The notes under the pieces: model-generated
Told to the model about the DNA's origin: nothing
Seen by the model: only the letters and a program-made list of their open reading frames with translations
The model's database searches: none
In this document: one piece after another, positions 23,671-36,884 of the stretch
Layout: each line of letters begins with the position of its first letter
Position numbering within the stretch: position 1 is the first letter of the stretch
Source: Podarcis erhardii
Lineage: Eukaryota
Assembly (NCBI GenBank): GCA_964252035.1
Contig: OZ176211.1
DNA length: 64,000 nt
Direction: 5' to 3' (one strand)
Made by a program: the position numbers and the translations under genes

Positions 23671-26600
23671 CACATAACTGCTCATTGAACATAGTTAATT
23701 TTCCTTTTTTTGCTTTTTTCCTCCCATCTTCTCTGCAAATGGCCTTCTGTCTCCTTAACTATCAGAAATCAGTGCTGTACAGACACAAGCAAAACTTGTG
23801 CAATGCAAACTTATTTCCCTAGCAAACTACACCTCAATTTGACCAACAGTTCTCAAACAAGCGGAACTTTAAGATCTATTTTCTAGACACAAAAAATAAA
23901 ATCATGTTACTGGCCTCACATCGTTTTAATGTATTACAATAAACGCCAGGCATGAACAAGCCAAAGGGTAAACATTTTTAGGTCCCCCCGATTCCAGGGG
24001 GACACAGATCGAGCAATGCTAACCATTGGCCAGAGTGGGCCCTGTGTAAATAATGCAGTTTGCTAACAACAGTGATCATACGACAAGAACACACCTGATT
24101 CCTTAATTTCACTGAATCTAGTGCAGTGGGTGAATAGGATGTCAAAACAATCAACTATGTATGCCAACTATTCCTCATCTTAGCATAGCTGTTAACAGTG
24201 TTACTCCATCCCAACTCAAATGTTTACTTATTATCTTGGATACAACTTGTTTGGACGCTTAAGCATCTGGTGCACGTTGATTGCTCAGCACTTCAGCAGA
24301 AACACAAGTTGGTTCATGGTAGCTATTAACATACGGCAAGGTAAGACAGCCCCACTCAGCAAAATCTCTGTTTGCATGAAATGCTTGAAATATATCTGCT
24401 ATAACCCAACATAACTTCATTGGTTTGCTTTTTGCTTCTTATTTAACATCTGTGCTGGTGTTCCATAACTTCAGAAACTTTGTAAATTATTTTGTTAGAG
24501 GAAAATCAAGCTGGTACAAGTATTTCTCTGAAGAAATCAGTTATGCGATGGTAAGTGTCATCAAGACTTTAAAGAAAGTTGGGGTGTAAACTGTAATAAT
24601 GAGCAAAGCACATTGTACTAGATACGCCAGCATGTACATTCCCTGCATATGCAAGTCTGTACATAGTAGAATACTGTAAACTGCATATAATGAGATACTT
24701 ATATAAAGATAGTAGGACCAACTGATTTGCATATAAGAGTGTTAAAATTCTCTGAACACCTGACCACCTGGGAAATTGCAATTTGGTACACATAGTCAAA
24801 AGCTCTCTTAAGATGCTCAACCTAACCACAGGAGGGCAAAAAGTGGGGAGGGGGACAGGGCTCCACATGCCAGCAGCTCCACCTGAAACATCCACAAGCA
24901 CGTCCCCAGCCCTGCCTCATCCACTGCTGACCTCTTCATGGAAGTCTGAAGTGGACTTTGGCCAGATGGACTCAAAAGCTCTCTTCAAACCTTTTCATGA
25001 AGGACAACATGTTAGGGCAGGGATATCATCCATGCCCCCAGCTCCTTGCACGGCCAAGTTAAAAATTAAGGAGGGCTGAAGCCATCTTGACTGCAAGGGA
25101 AGTCTGAACATGGGACCATATACTGTATAGCAATCAACAAAAAAGTATAAATGATAAACACAGGGTGCACTTTATCTATGCACAATTGTATATGCAAGGA
25201 ACTAAACTATTATTTTTTTCAAAAAGATCAAAACTGAGATTAAGCTTTCTTCACAACACACTACAAGCCAAAGCACTTAAGACAAGCCTGTTCTGTTCAC
25301 ACCTCTTGTCTAAAGTAGCAGTCACAAATGTATATCTGAAAATGAGACTTCCCATTTCTCGTGTTTTGGCAATCCTTGGATTGGGAAGCGATATTTCCTA
25401 GTGGCATGTTTCTACCTCAAATCTACAAAATACCATGTAACTTGGAAGCTTTCAACATCATTTATTTTGTGCTTTCAAATAAAGTGTGTAATAAAAACCA
25501 TTCCATTTCCCATCTTTTTGTTAGGCAGAATCTGTACTGATAATCAGATTTAAACCTCAAAACTTTTGCTTAGCTTCTTTATCATAACTTTCTTCAGAAA
25601 TCCGCTATCACCGAGCAAATATTTCAAGGGTTTTTTTTTTAAATATTTAAAAAAGTTTGCTACAAATGGAAAACAAACACCTTAATATTCTGTCTGCAAG
25701 CTAGGCAATGTTTTAAAAGCAACAAAGCATGCAAACACAGATATGGGACACGGGGTTAAATAAAAAAGACTGGTGTTTTTTCAACCAAATTTTAAGCTGC
25801 GGAAATAATGCCTGTAGCTTATAAACATTGCCATATTCTATCTGCTATGGCATGCAGTGTCTATTGCTGCAAGCAATGATCTTTTCTGATTAACAGATTT
25901 AGAGCGGTGTCTTGACAATGCTGGCATGATCTGTGCCAACAGGTGTGTTGTTCATTAAGCTGAAGATATATAATTCTACTATTTATTTTCAACTAAGGAG
26001 CCTGAGGCATCCACTCATCACCTTATCTTGTTCCAACCAATACTGATTACTGTCATTAAGGACTATGGAAACTGAATAATTAAGGGGAAGAAGTTCCAAA
26101 ATGAAATCTTCCCCCGTTTCGTCATCCAGTTCTTCTCAGCTACTGATGGCAATGTGGTGCAAAACTATCCTCTGTACATGGCCGAACCCTGACCACTTAC
26201 ATGCTGGTAGCCTCTTTCCAAAGGCAACCAGAAAGAAAACACACACAAGAGGTGAAAACTTAAGAACTGCAGCCTGTGTGAAGTTGATCAAACTCACAGA
26301 AGTCTTTGCTGCAAACCCCCAGGCTTCCTACCTTCCATGGCTTCTTCTGCAGAGGAATTGTGGCAGATGCAGTTTGTCATGTAAGGTCTGCAGAGCTACG
26401 GATGATACAGGAGCCATGTCCTCCTAGCCACCCTAATTGTTTCCCCACATGTGTGTACTTATTCTGGTTCACCCCTATTCCATGATGAAACAGACCCTCT
26501 ATGAAGAAGACGCCTAGAATACCTCCAATCTCCATTTCTACAGCTCGGAGATGCTGAAACAGCAGCAGATCACAGCACTTACAAATGGAACAGAGGGAGC

Positions 26601-27006
26601 TGACAAATTCTCTAGTGACTCCCAAGCAGTGCAAGCAAGAGGAGGCTGCTCCTCCGTAGAGGTCCAGACAACGAGGCTGGATGCTTGTTCACCAAGGTAC
26701 CCCAGCCTGCAGGTGCTCTGGGTGCCTTGAACACCTGAATCAGCCTTTTGACGGGACAACATAGGGCTTCCCCTGTGAGCCTTCAGCTGTTCTATGAGAA
26801 ACAGAGTGATTCTGATTTGCAGATTCAGAAATGCTGCAGCAAGCAGAAGATGGCCACTTCGCCTTGCGCATAAGCTTCTCAAATGCATTTGACAGCCCAA
26901 TATTAGAAACAGAATACTGGGCAAGTCAGAATTCTGGTAAAATCCTGCCACATGACAGTTCAAGGTAAAAAGAAAGATAACTAGAAGGAAGAGGCCCTGC
27001 TTTTAT

Positions 27007-27794
27007 NNNNNNNNNNNNNNNNNNNNNNNNNNNNNNNNNNNNNNNNNNNNNNNNNNNNNNNNNNNNNNNNNNNNNNNNNNNNNNNNNNNNNNNNNNNNNN
27101 NNNNNNNNNNNNNNNNNNNNNNNNNNNNNNNNNNNNNNNNNNNNNNNNNNNNNNNNNNNNNNNNNNNNNNNNNNNNNNNNNNNNNNNNNNNNNNNNNNNN
27201 NNNNNNNNNNNNNNNNNNNNNNNNNNNNNNNNNNNNNNNNNNNNNNNNNNNNNNNNNNNNNNNNNNNNNNNNNNNNNNNNNNNNNNNNNNNNNNNNNNNN
27301 NNNNNNNNNNNNNNNNNNNNNNNNNNNNNNNNNNNNNNNNNNNNNNNNNNNNNNNNNNNNNNNNNNNNNNNNNNNNNNNNNNNNNNNNNNNNNNNNNNNN
27401 NNNNNNNNNNNNNNNNNNNNNNNNNNNNNNNNNNNNNNNNNNNNNNNNNNNNNNNNNNNNNNNNNNNNNNNNNNNNNNNNNNNNNNNNNNNNNNNNNNNN
27501 NNNNNNNNNNNNNNNNNNNNNNNNNNNNNNNNNNNNNNNNNNNNNNNNNNNNNNNNNNNNNNNNNNNNNNNNNNNNNNNNNNNNNNNNNNNNNNNNNNNN
27601 NNNNNNNNNNNNNNNNNNNNNNNNNNNNNNNNNNNNNNNNNNNNNNNNNNNNNNNNNNNNNNNNNNNNNNNNNNNNNNNNNNNNNNNNNNNNNNNNNNNN
27701 NNNNNNNNNNNNNNNNNNNNNNNNNNNNNNNNNNNNNNNNNNNNNNNNNNNNNNNNNNNNNNNNNNNNNNNNNNNNNNNNNNNNNNNNNNNNNN
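27007..27794. other. Assembly gap
   Basis: Run of N. Confidence 1.
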
Positions 27795-28980
27795 NTGCTT
27801 TAACCCAAAAAAGTAGCTACCCGCTCCCAGCTTCCACCCAGCAGAAAAACTCAGTTACAGACACTGGAGTTTTGTTTCTGATGTTTAACTGCAAGATTCT
27901 CTGTTAACAAGCTTGGTTGTGATTGCCCAGGCAACCACTTTTGAGGTCAGGCAAGTTGAATTATTGAGGCAGTCTTAACAAAACTTCCTTGTATGCTAAC
28001 TGCAAACTTATTAAGCATCAGCAGGAAAAATATGTGGCAGTACCAGAGGAAACTGGAAAAGAGCCCTGGCTTTCCACCCCATGGCACGCAAGCTCCAAAA
28101 GAAAAAAGAAAAAGAACAAGGGAGGAAGACGCTTCCTATAATGCCCTGAGCAATATTCCATATCAAGGGAGAGGAAAAACCTTGGCAGGCACTATCATGA
28201 AAAGCATTCATAAGGGGACAAATGGCCTATGAAATGCTAAATTGTGTGGGACTAGATGTTGGTAAAGAAAACAAAGAAAAGCGAAAGTGGTTCTGAGAGG
28301 AGTGGAGTATGGAAGAAGTCAAAAAGTCCTCCAGGAGGGCCCATAGCTTGGGGGCTTGACCGCATACCTTTTTGGACAAGGTTGTAGGCTGAGAAGCTGC
28401 CTTTTACCGGTCAGAACCTCAACCCACCTTGACCCAGCACTGTCCATTTTGACTAGAAGTGGCTCTCCAAAGTCTCAAGAAGAGCACTGCTGCCCAGCAG
28501 ATTCCAAAGACTGAAAATCAAGATCTTCTTCATGAATTATAAGATTCCAGAGTACGTGGCAGCCTCACAGCTTCAGGGGCTCCTGGACAGGGCAGATTTT
28601 CCATACCCTTTTCAATCTGGCTTCTGGTCTGGTTATGGGATGGAGACTGCCTTAGTCACCCTAGCAGACAATCTGTGCTGGCAAGCGGATAAGGGGAGCA
28701 CATTCTTGTTGCTTCTCCTTCATCTCGTAGCCACTTTCCATATTTCTGGATTACTGTGCTAAGAGTAGAATAAGGTGGGGTGGAATGTGGTGCACTGGTT
28801 TTGCAGTTAAGTGTTCTGGTCTTTCATAGCAGGTAGATTTTAGAAGGTGCTGTTGTGGGGCTTTGCTTGCAGGCTCCTGCAGGGTCCTCTCTATATAAAG
28901 CTGCTGCAAGTCATCTGGCTATTGGGATGGAGTGTGGTGCTAACACCCATCTCCCTCCCCCAACTTTTAGTCAAATCCTA

Positions 28981-29480
28981 TGAAGTGAAGGCAGAGCAAT
29001 TCCTGTTGCAAAAGATACTAAAGCAGGAGCTGTGCAAAACAGGAAGCGGCAGCAGTGATGAGATGAGAGTCAATAAAAGAAGAACTCTTGCTTTGGCAAT
29101 GCTGCAAGAAGAGGCAATGACCTACGAGAAGAAGAGACAAGGAGAAGCAGCAGAGGTGCACGGAGCTGAAAAGAGAGAGCAGATGAAGAAGGGAAAGACA
29201 GGAAGGAGGATTGGGGAGAAAAGGGGGGAAAGTGAACTCTTATCAGCTGAAAGACCTAAGACAGAAACTACCAGCAACTGTTAACTGTTTAAGAAATTGA
29301 CTGCTGTCAACTAGGCAGTAGTTTGGGGTTGGGTTGTTGTGAAGGGTTTAAACTGCCCATTGTTATAATTGTTCATTTACTGATGGCATTAAGTAATCCA
29401 TTCATTTTATGAGATTAAGAAGTATTTTTACATCCTTTGACTCCTGAGTGATTTCCATCTATGGTGTCCACATCCTAACA
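28981..29480. mobile_element. Unclassified insert of about 500 bp within the L2, possibly a solo LTR
   Basis: Interrupts L2 colinearity, begins TG and ends ctaaCA, and has a purine-rich half then an AT-rich half. No TSD found. Confidence 0.3.
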
Positions 29481-29863
29481 GCAAAACCAGCAAGCGTTAC
29501 AACAGCAGAAGTTCTGAATCAGTGCTCTGGTCAAAGCATGAACCGGAAGCTGAAATTTAATCCAGAAAGATGTTAGCTCTGTTGACTGAGAAGTCAACTG
29601 ACCCAGGAAAAGGGACACATTCTGCACTGCTCCTGTGCTTTGGAACTTCCTGGCTATTAAGGTTATGCAGACATCTCAGCCATAATGTTTTAGACACCTG
29701 TCAGCAAGCCAACCCACATATTATTTAGTCATAAATACTGGTTTTTAAAGTTTTAATGTGTTATTACTGATAATGATTTTATTTTGTTTCATTTATATCA
29801 TTTAGGGGTTTTTTAATTAAGCATGTTATAATATTTCCCCAAAATAAATAAATACTCGACAAG

Positions 29864-30519
29864 GTTGTTGTTGTTGTTGTTTAGTCGTTTAGTCGTGTCC
29901 GACTCTTCGTGACCCCATGGACCAGAGCACGCCAGGCACTTCTGTCTTCCACTGCCTCCCGCAGTTTGGTCAGACTCATGTTTGTAGCTTCGAAGACACT
30001 ATCCAACCATCTCGTTCTCTGTCGTCCCCTTCTCCTTGTGCCCTCCATCTTTCCCAACATCAGGGTCTTTTCCAGGGAGTCTTCTCTTCTCATGAGGTGG
30101 CCAAAGTATTGGAGCCTCAGCTTCACGATCTGTCCTTCCAGTGAGCACTCAGGGCTGATTTCCTTAAGAATGGATACGTTTGATCTTCTTGCAATCCATG
30201 GGACTCTCAAGAGTCTCCTCCAGCACCATAATTCAAAAGCATCAATTCTTCGGCGATCTGCCTTCTTTATGGTCCAGCTCTCACTTCCATACATCACTAC
30301 TGGGAAGACCATAGCTTTTACTATACGGACCTTTGTTGGCAAGGTGATGTCTCTACTTTTTAAGATGCTGTCTAGGTTTGTCATTGCTTTCCTCCCAAGA
30401 AGCAGGCGTCTCTTAATTTCATGGCTGCTGTCACCATCTGCAGTGATCATGGAGCCCAAGAAAGTAAAATCTCTCACTGCCTCCATTTCTTCTCCTTCTA
30501 TTTGCCAGGAGGTGATGAT
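29864..30519 (-). mobile_element. 5'-truncated Bov-B (RTE) LINE
   Basis: Uninterrupted 201-codon C-terminus (FTFLGS...YGSESWTIKKADRRRIDAFELWCWRRLLRVPW...RWLD...TKSRTRLND*) followed directly by a (CAA)n tail. Confidence 0.95.
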
Positions 30520-30878
30520 TCCCCCTTAACAGTTAGGCCCACAGCTTAGGTGTGCTCTTGGATTCTGAGCAGTTTCTTGATACTCCAGATGGCAGCTGTG
30601 GCTGCAGAACACCTATTTTAGAAGTTTAGACTGCTTCCTGGTTCCTGCAATCCACACATTAGTCATACTCACACAGGACTATTGTAATGCGCTCCATATG
30701 GGGCTGCCTTTGAAATGCACTCTAAAAGTGCAGTTAGTACACACTGCAGTCACCAATTTATTAACTGCATATATTAACTTTGCATAAATTACAGTGGCTC
30801 CTGTTTGTCTCCTAGGCCCAACCCAGAAGGCTGATGTTGACCATTAAAGCCCCACATAGCCTCCTCACAATTCCTGAA

Positions 30879-31050
30879 GGAAGGCTATAGCTCAGTGGCA
30901 GAGCACATCCTTTACATGCAAAAGTCGCAGGTTGAATCCCTGGTGTCTCCAGGAAGGACTGGAATGAAAGACCTGAATGCAACCATGGAGAGCCATTGCC
31001 CGTCAATGTTGAGAGTAGTCAGCTGGGAGGAATATATGCTCCTATATTCA
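30879..31050 (+). mobile_element. tRNA-derived squamate SINE; diverged relatives on the minus strand at about 42551-42729 and 47657-47790
   Basis: Head gctatagctcagtggcagagc (A box) and ggttgaatccc (B box), followed by a non-tRNA body. Confidence 0.7.
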
Positions 31051-31309
31051 CATTAAGATCTTTCTTGGACGCTCTGCTCCATTTGCCCTCTTCATCCGAC
31101 TTATGCTAGGTAGCTACATAAGACAGGGCCTTCTTAGCAGTGGTTCCAAAGTTACAGAACTCGCTTCTTAAGACATATACACCAGGTTTCTTCCCTGCTA
31201 TCATTCAGGCCATTGGCCAAATCAGAACTTGCAGGTTCTGTGATTAATCTGGTTTTGTTCTGCATTTCCTACTGTTGTTGAGATTTATGGTGTTTTAAAG
31301 TGCTGCTGC

Positions 31310-31943
31310 CAGGATGGATTTGATTTAAATTTGATTTAAATCAGGATTTAAATCACTAGTCAGTAAGCCTTGATTTAAATCTTTTTTTTACCAAAAGACT
31401 CATTCTTGCTGGTTAATATAATATAATAATATTTACAACCAGATGAAGGTTTCATTTTGGGAATAATAAATTTTCAGAGTAGTTTTTACAATTCTATCAA
31501 AAATTACTGATTTGGTTATACTATTAGAAATACATAGTCAGATGATTATGAAATTATTGTGAGGTTTAATAAGTTAACTGTTTATATGTGGACAACTTTT
31601 CTGCCGTACTTTATTGGAAGAAGAAAAATAATCATTTCCTTAATAACAATTTAAACCATTTATTTAACTAAAACAATAACATTATAGCATATGTATCCAT
31701 GTTTGTTAACTGATGTGGTTAAACAATTAAAAAAAAACTTAGACTGAGTTTTAGCACTCATGAAAAACTTTAAACAAATCCTTATTTCCTGATGAATAGC
31801 CTTTGGACTATAATGTAACTTAAATAGAAAACTATCTTTGGAATATTTTCCCTCCAAAAGTATTTTATTTTAAAAATCCAATTTAAATAAAAAAAATATG
31901 ATTTAAATAAAAAAATCTGATTCATTTATTTATATCCACCCTG
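31310..31943. mobile_element. AT-rich non-autonomous hAT element, copy B, without the nested MITE
   Basis: Ends caggatggat / atccaccctg; TSD gctgctgc / gttgctgc (1 mismatch). Confidence 0.9.
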
Positions 31944-32470
31944 GTTGCTGCTAATATTTATCATGTTTGGATAATTGTCTAACTATTTCATTTTGAATTT
32001 TAACTACTGCTAGCCAGTGCAATTTAACCCACCGTAACCCAGAATGGTCAACATTAACATGAACAAAATGTTTTCCGCTAAGTGCTGCTAAAAATACTTT
32101 TATTTTACAGATGAAGAAATCATGATGTGTGTTAGATATTCTGCATTCTTCCATGAGCCGCATGTAGACAATCTAAAGGAAGTGAGTTTATCTGTGCTAA
32201 TAAATACAATTAGTCTTTGACAGACAAGCCAAAGGAAAACTTTAATCCTCACACCAGTGTAAAAGTAAGAGACTGAAGTGTGGATCTCAGAACACAAAAG
32301 GGTTAAAATTTATCTTAGAATCAGGATGCTATACAAGAGTCTTGTTAACACTTCATTGAGAAAGACACCCAAGGTATTTAAAAAGAATACAAAGCATTCC
32401 CTAGGAAGGAGTCTCATGTTTTTCACACTTAAGGACTCACACTTGCCCCAAGCTGCAACACCCAGGGGCC

Positions 32471-32472
32471 AT

Positions 32473-32523
<51 letters not shown>
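32471..32523. repeat. (ATTT)n microsatellite
   Basis: Direct reading. Confidence 0.97.
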
Positions 32524-32611
32524 CTACCCTCTCTTCACCTTATTTTTCTATTTTCCTCACTTCTATCTCTATCTTACACTCATTCGTGTGAACACATACA
32601 GAGAAAACAGC

Positions 32612-32659
32612 GGAAGGAAGGAAGGAAGGAAGGAAGGAAGGAAGGAAGGAAGGAAGGAA
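32612..32659. repeat. (GGAA)n microsatellite
   Basis: Direct reading. Confidence 0.97.
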
Positions 32660-33612
32660 TTGTGATTGTACCCAAAGGAATTGTAATTGTATCCAACAGG
32701 TTGGACCATGATGGGTTTTGATTCTCTCAGATGAAGACTGCTCTGGGCTCCTTGGAAGGATACAATATGAAATACGGTAACTATCTTCAAGGCTTCGTTT
32801 TAATACCACCTTAAAGAAGTTTGCCTTTTACATGTCAAAATGTAAAGACACAATATGCTATGGCATGTCATTTTAGGGGGTGAAAAATTCTTCAGTGAGG
32901 GGTCTTAAAAATATGCTTTGGGTATGAGGAATTCATATCTGCTATTACTTTTTGTGACTGGACAACATTTAGGTTGCTAAGTCTACATTTGATGAAAAAG
33001 CACATAACTACCTTCTGAAAATCAAAGAATTCTAATTTTACCTTTGGAAAATGTCAGGTAATGCTTGGCAATCATTTTTAATTATTTCTATGCAATTTTA
33101 CATATGTTTTACTTACCAAGCAAAATAATAGGTTAAAAATTGAACCAAAATATATTTTGAATTCCCAAGCCATGTTACACCTTTTTAGCACCCCTCATTT
33201 TTGGAATTTGAAAGCTAAAAAAATTCAACACACCCAAACAGTACACTGTTTTACCATACTGAAGAAGAAAGTGAGGAGTGAGTTTTGTTTTTAAGAAATT
33301 CTTGTTGGAAACCTTCTTAAGACCAGGATGACAAGGTACACAGAAGAAAGTAGCTCCTATATCTTTAACGCTTCCACAAAGAAAGCAGAAATGTCAGGTA
33401 TTGTCTCCCCATTAGCTACACCTTCTACTCTTCTGCACAGCTGTTAAAAGGTACAGAAATTCAGACTTCCATGTGGTGACATTGCTACAACCTGGGGATA
33501 GAGCCAAACCTGGGGAAAAAAACCTGATTCTTTCACTTTGCTGCTTTGAGAGGCATTACAAGATGGTTACTGAAAATTATTTAATACACCAGGTATATTA
33601 TTACTTTAGATT

Positions 33613-33646
33613 AGATAGATAGATAGATAGATGACAGATGATAGAT
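33613..33646. repeat. Imperfect (AGAT)n microsatellite
   Basis: Direct reading. Confidence 0.85.
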
Positions 33647-35980
33647 AACAAAATAGGAAAGCTTGTGCTACATGTTCAGATACGTCTTACTAAGAAATGG
33701 AGAGCTAAGTAACTCAGGATTTACAATGGATCTAGACTGAGTTTGACCCACTGAAATCGGTAGTCTTAACTGCAGTTTTCACACTTAGGTCCCACTGAGA
33801 TCGGGGTCTGGATCCAACTCATTATTTCTGGCAGCAGCCAGTTGCCCATTTAGCATTTCGAATTTGGCACATGGTTGAACATGATGCCAGAATTGCACCT
33901 CATAGTTTGTGTCTAAGTGTGCATAGTCCACCTGGTGTCAAACTCTGAGGAAAATCTGTACTCAAATATTGTTCTGCAAATACAACAATTAAAGTCCCAT
34001 TACAATGATAAAGAATGGCTGTTGGGGGGAGCTCAGCCTGGGGGAACAAAAATCAGTGGCCTCTCTGTATGTTTATAAAGTGTTTGAATAAGCCATGTTG
34101 TTTGAATTATCTAATCACTCCATTATGCATCACCAGAGGCTCCTAATTCTCACTCCATGCATAATCAGGGGGAGATAAAGGCAAGCCCTTGAGATAACAA
34201 TCAACACTTTCCAATCACTAAGCACAAAAGGATCTTAGCTGGTACTTAGTACATGTGGGCTACAAAAGTATTGAAACTCGAAGCCTCATCTTCCTCCCCA
34301 CCCTCCCTCTGTCTCTTTCCAAAGCATTTGCAGGAAGAATTAATGAAAGGGTACAAAATGTTTTTTTAAAAATTATGAACATTGTTAAAAAACCCAATCT
34401 TACCGAAATGACAGTCGGTATGCTCAGTTGTACTCAAAATAAAATGTTATGTTTTACAGCTGTCACTGAGAGGCTTATCTCCCCCCTCCCTTCCCCTCCT
34501 TCCAGGAATGTAATAATTTTGAGCAAAGGGCTCTATGAAGGATCTGGTAATTCCTTCCTCCCATTAGGTCTTTGTTTTGTTTTATGCAGTCTTCTAATTT
34601 AAAGGAATGATGAATAACAGTCTTTGAATTCCTGAACCCAAGAGATTAGGCTATGGTGGAATATACAGGGAACATCAGGTCAAGTTCCAGAGAGATAGGC
34701 ATGCTCATCTGTTGCAGCAAACACAACACCATACCTTTCAAGCACACTGCCATCACCATCCCAAAGAATGCAGGAAACTTTCATTTATCCCTCACAAGTA
34801 CAATCTCTTGACACAGTTCCCAGGATTCTTTAAAGGTGGAAATGTGCTTTAAAGTGTCTGGATGCTGCCAGAGAGAATGGTAACACCTTAACAAACAGAT
34901 TTATCGTAGAATAAGCACCCATGGGTTGTGGCCTACTTCCCTAGATGCAGAAAAGAAGTTTATGCCTTAACAAATCTGTTTAGACTTCAAGGTGGCTCAA
35001 GAGTTGATGAGGCCAAGTAAAAATCCATTTGCCACCTTTTAATACAGAAGTTCTGGCACCCAGGACTCATAGCATCTGAGTATGTGCAAATTCTTCTCCC
35101 ACCTTTGAAGTGTGACCAAGGCTGCAATCCTATGCACAGCTACTTGAGAGTAAACTTGCTCACACAACAGAAAAAACTGATTGGATTGAAATTAATCTGG
35201 TTTTACATCTTCCAATTCTTACAACAGGACAAGAAGCTATACTCCTAGTATACTAAAATTCTCAATGGATGGAGATCCTAAAACATAAACATTTCAGAAA
35301 CGGAAGTATACCCCATGATTCCAAACTGGGAATGTAAAGCTTACAAGGCAATTAGAGCCACCGTCCACTCCCTTTTCACTGAGACCTTTGCAATTTTCCT
35401 ACGACACCTATTAATCTGGTATTAATTATTAAGATGTTTTGGATTCAGTTCCCAAATTATGTAAATGGCCCATGTTCACTATGATTTCTCCTGGACACCT
35501 GCAAGACTGGAACAAATAGGTTTCTTAGGCAAAAACAAAAAGGACACAAAGGCCGTACAGAAACCACCAGGAAGACGCCAAAGCAGGATATACTCCAAAG
35601 CCAAGCCCATTATACATTAAAAACCAAGCAGCCAAGGGGACAAGCATATGGCAAAACTTTCCTGGGAACTGTACCATTTCAGATTTACTTTTTTGAATAA
35701 TTTCTCATGTAATAAATGGGGGGGGGAGCCCTCATGCTTTACACAACTGGTGTGCTGGGTAAAGAGTTCTAGTCTAGCTTTTCCCAATATCCTAAGATTT
35801 AGCAAGTTATTTACACAAAGTATATGAAATCTCTCTGTCTGCATCATGAAGACGTAAATATTTCATAAGCACTGTAGGACTATCCCTAATTATTAAGCAA
35901 AGAAGCTGTACAATGGGGATAACTTCTGAGCAGACATGCACATGATTGCAATGTAAATGACAATGAATGGATTTATAAAA

Positions 35981-36082
35981 CATCATCATCATCATCATCA
36001 TTTAATGTATTTTTAATCTTTGTTGGAAGCCGCCCAGAATGGCTGGGGGAACTCAGCCAGACGGGTAGGGTACAAATAATAA

Positions 36083-36124
<42 letters not shown>
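35981..36124 (+). mobile_element. L2-type 3' end flanked by (CAT)n and (TTG)n
   Basis: tgttggaagccgcccagaatggctgggggaactcagccagacgggtagggtacaaataataaa, then (TTG)n. Confidence 0.7.
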
Positions 36125-36884
36125 AATACCCCACCCATCTAACAAAAACGCTGCAAAATGTCAAACACCAATTTTTCCCCAATATAAGGCTGCATTCAGA
36201 TGCCTTCACAAAGTTGTGTAGTTATTTATCTGATGGGAGGGTGTTCCACAGGGTGGGTGCCTCCACATATTTAACCAGTCAGGAAGCTTTGCAACGTACA
36301 ATAATAGTTAACTCATATCCACAATACACAAGACCCTTATGCATGTTGATTGAATTTACAATATGATTTCCCCTCCTGCTTAGATGGCAGTTCTCCACTG
36401 AAGAAGTCAAATTAATTTTTTAAAAAAATCACTGAAGAGGAGCTAATCCAAAACCAGGTGCCCCCCCCAACTCAAATTAATGAAAGATGCTATCACTACT
36501 CACTTATACCAGTTTACACGTGGCCTTCTTGGACTAATGAAGAGAGAAGAAATATCTGCCACTTGTAAAGTATTAAGCCAAATGCATATCCAATAGCCAT
36601 TTGAAAGCGGTTATGAAACTCTTCTGTCAAAGGAGAATGCTATAATTTTCACAATGTCCAAAGTAACTGTTTCAATAAACTGAATGAAAGCCTGGGTGTA
36701 TCCCCAGCTGCCACTCCACTCCCTTTCCTTCTGCCACTCAACCAACTTTATTCTTCTCTAAATATGCCAGAACAAAGAAAATATCCTACTCTAATAAGCA
36801 TATAATCTCCAGTAAATATGGGGTTTCATTTACACTGCACGTGCTGTTTCCAGATATTCAGTGAACAGCCTCTATTTCACTATA

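Larger units (their letters stand above)
28530..31250 (+). mobile_element. Old L2-clade LINE ORF2 broken by several younger insertions
   Basis: PFQSGFWSGYGMETALVTLADNL...LLLLLHLVATFH (RT domain) at 28532-28762, a decayed YADDTQL near 28938, KLKFNPE near 29545, DYCNALHMGLPLK near 30680 and RAF..V.PK near 31130. The pieces are colinear across the inserts. Confidence 0.75.

Noticed and set aside
26538-26963. 141-aa minus-strand ORF as a nested gene
   Set aside because: No recognisable domain or splice context, and other frames are interrupted by stops.
28847-29284. 145-aa charged ORF
   Set aside because: A chimera of decayed L2 and a purine-rich insert; low-complexity composition explains the open frame.
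29909-30529. 206-aa plus-strand ORF
   Set aside because: Antisense shadow of the Bov-B coding strand.
30879-30950. tRNA gene
   Set aside because: Has A and B boxes but no complete cloverleaf, and continues into a SINE body.
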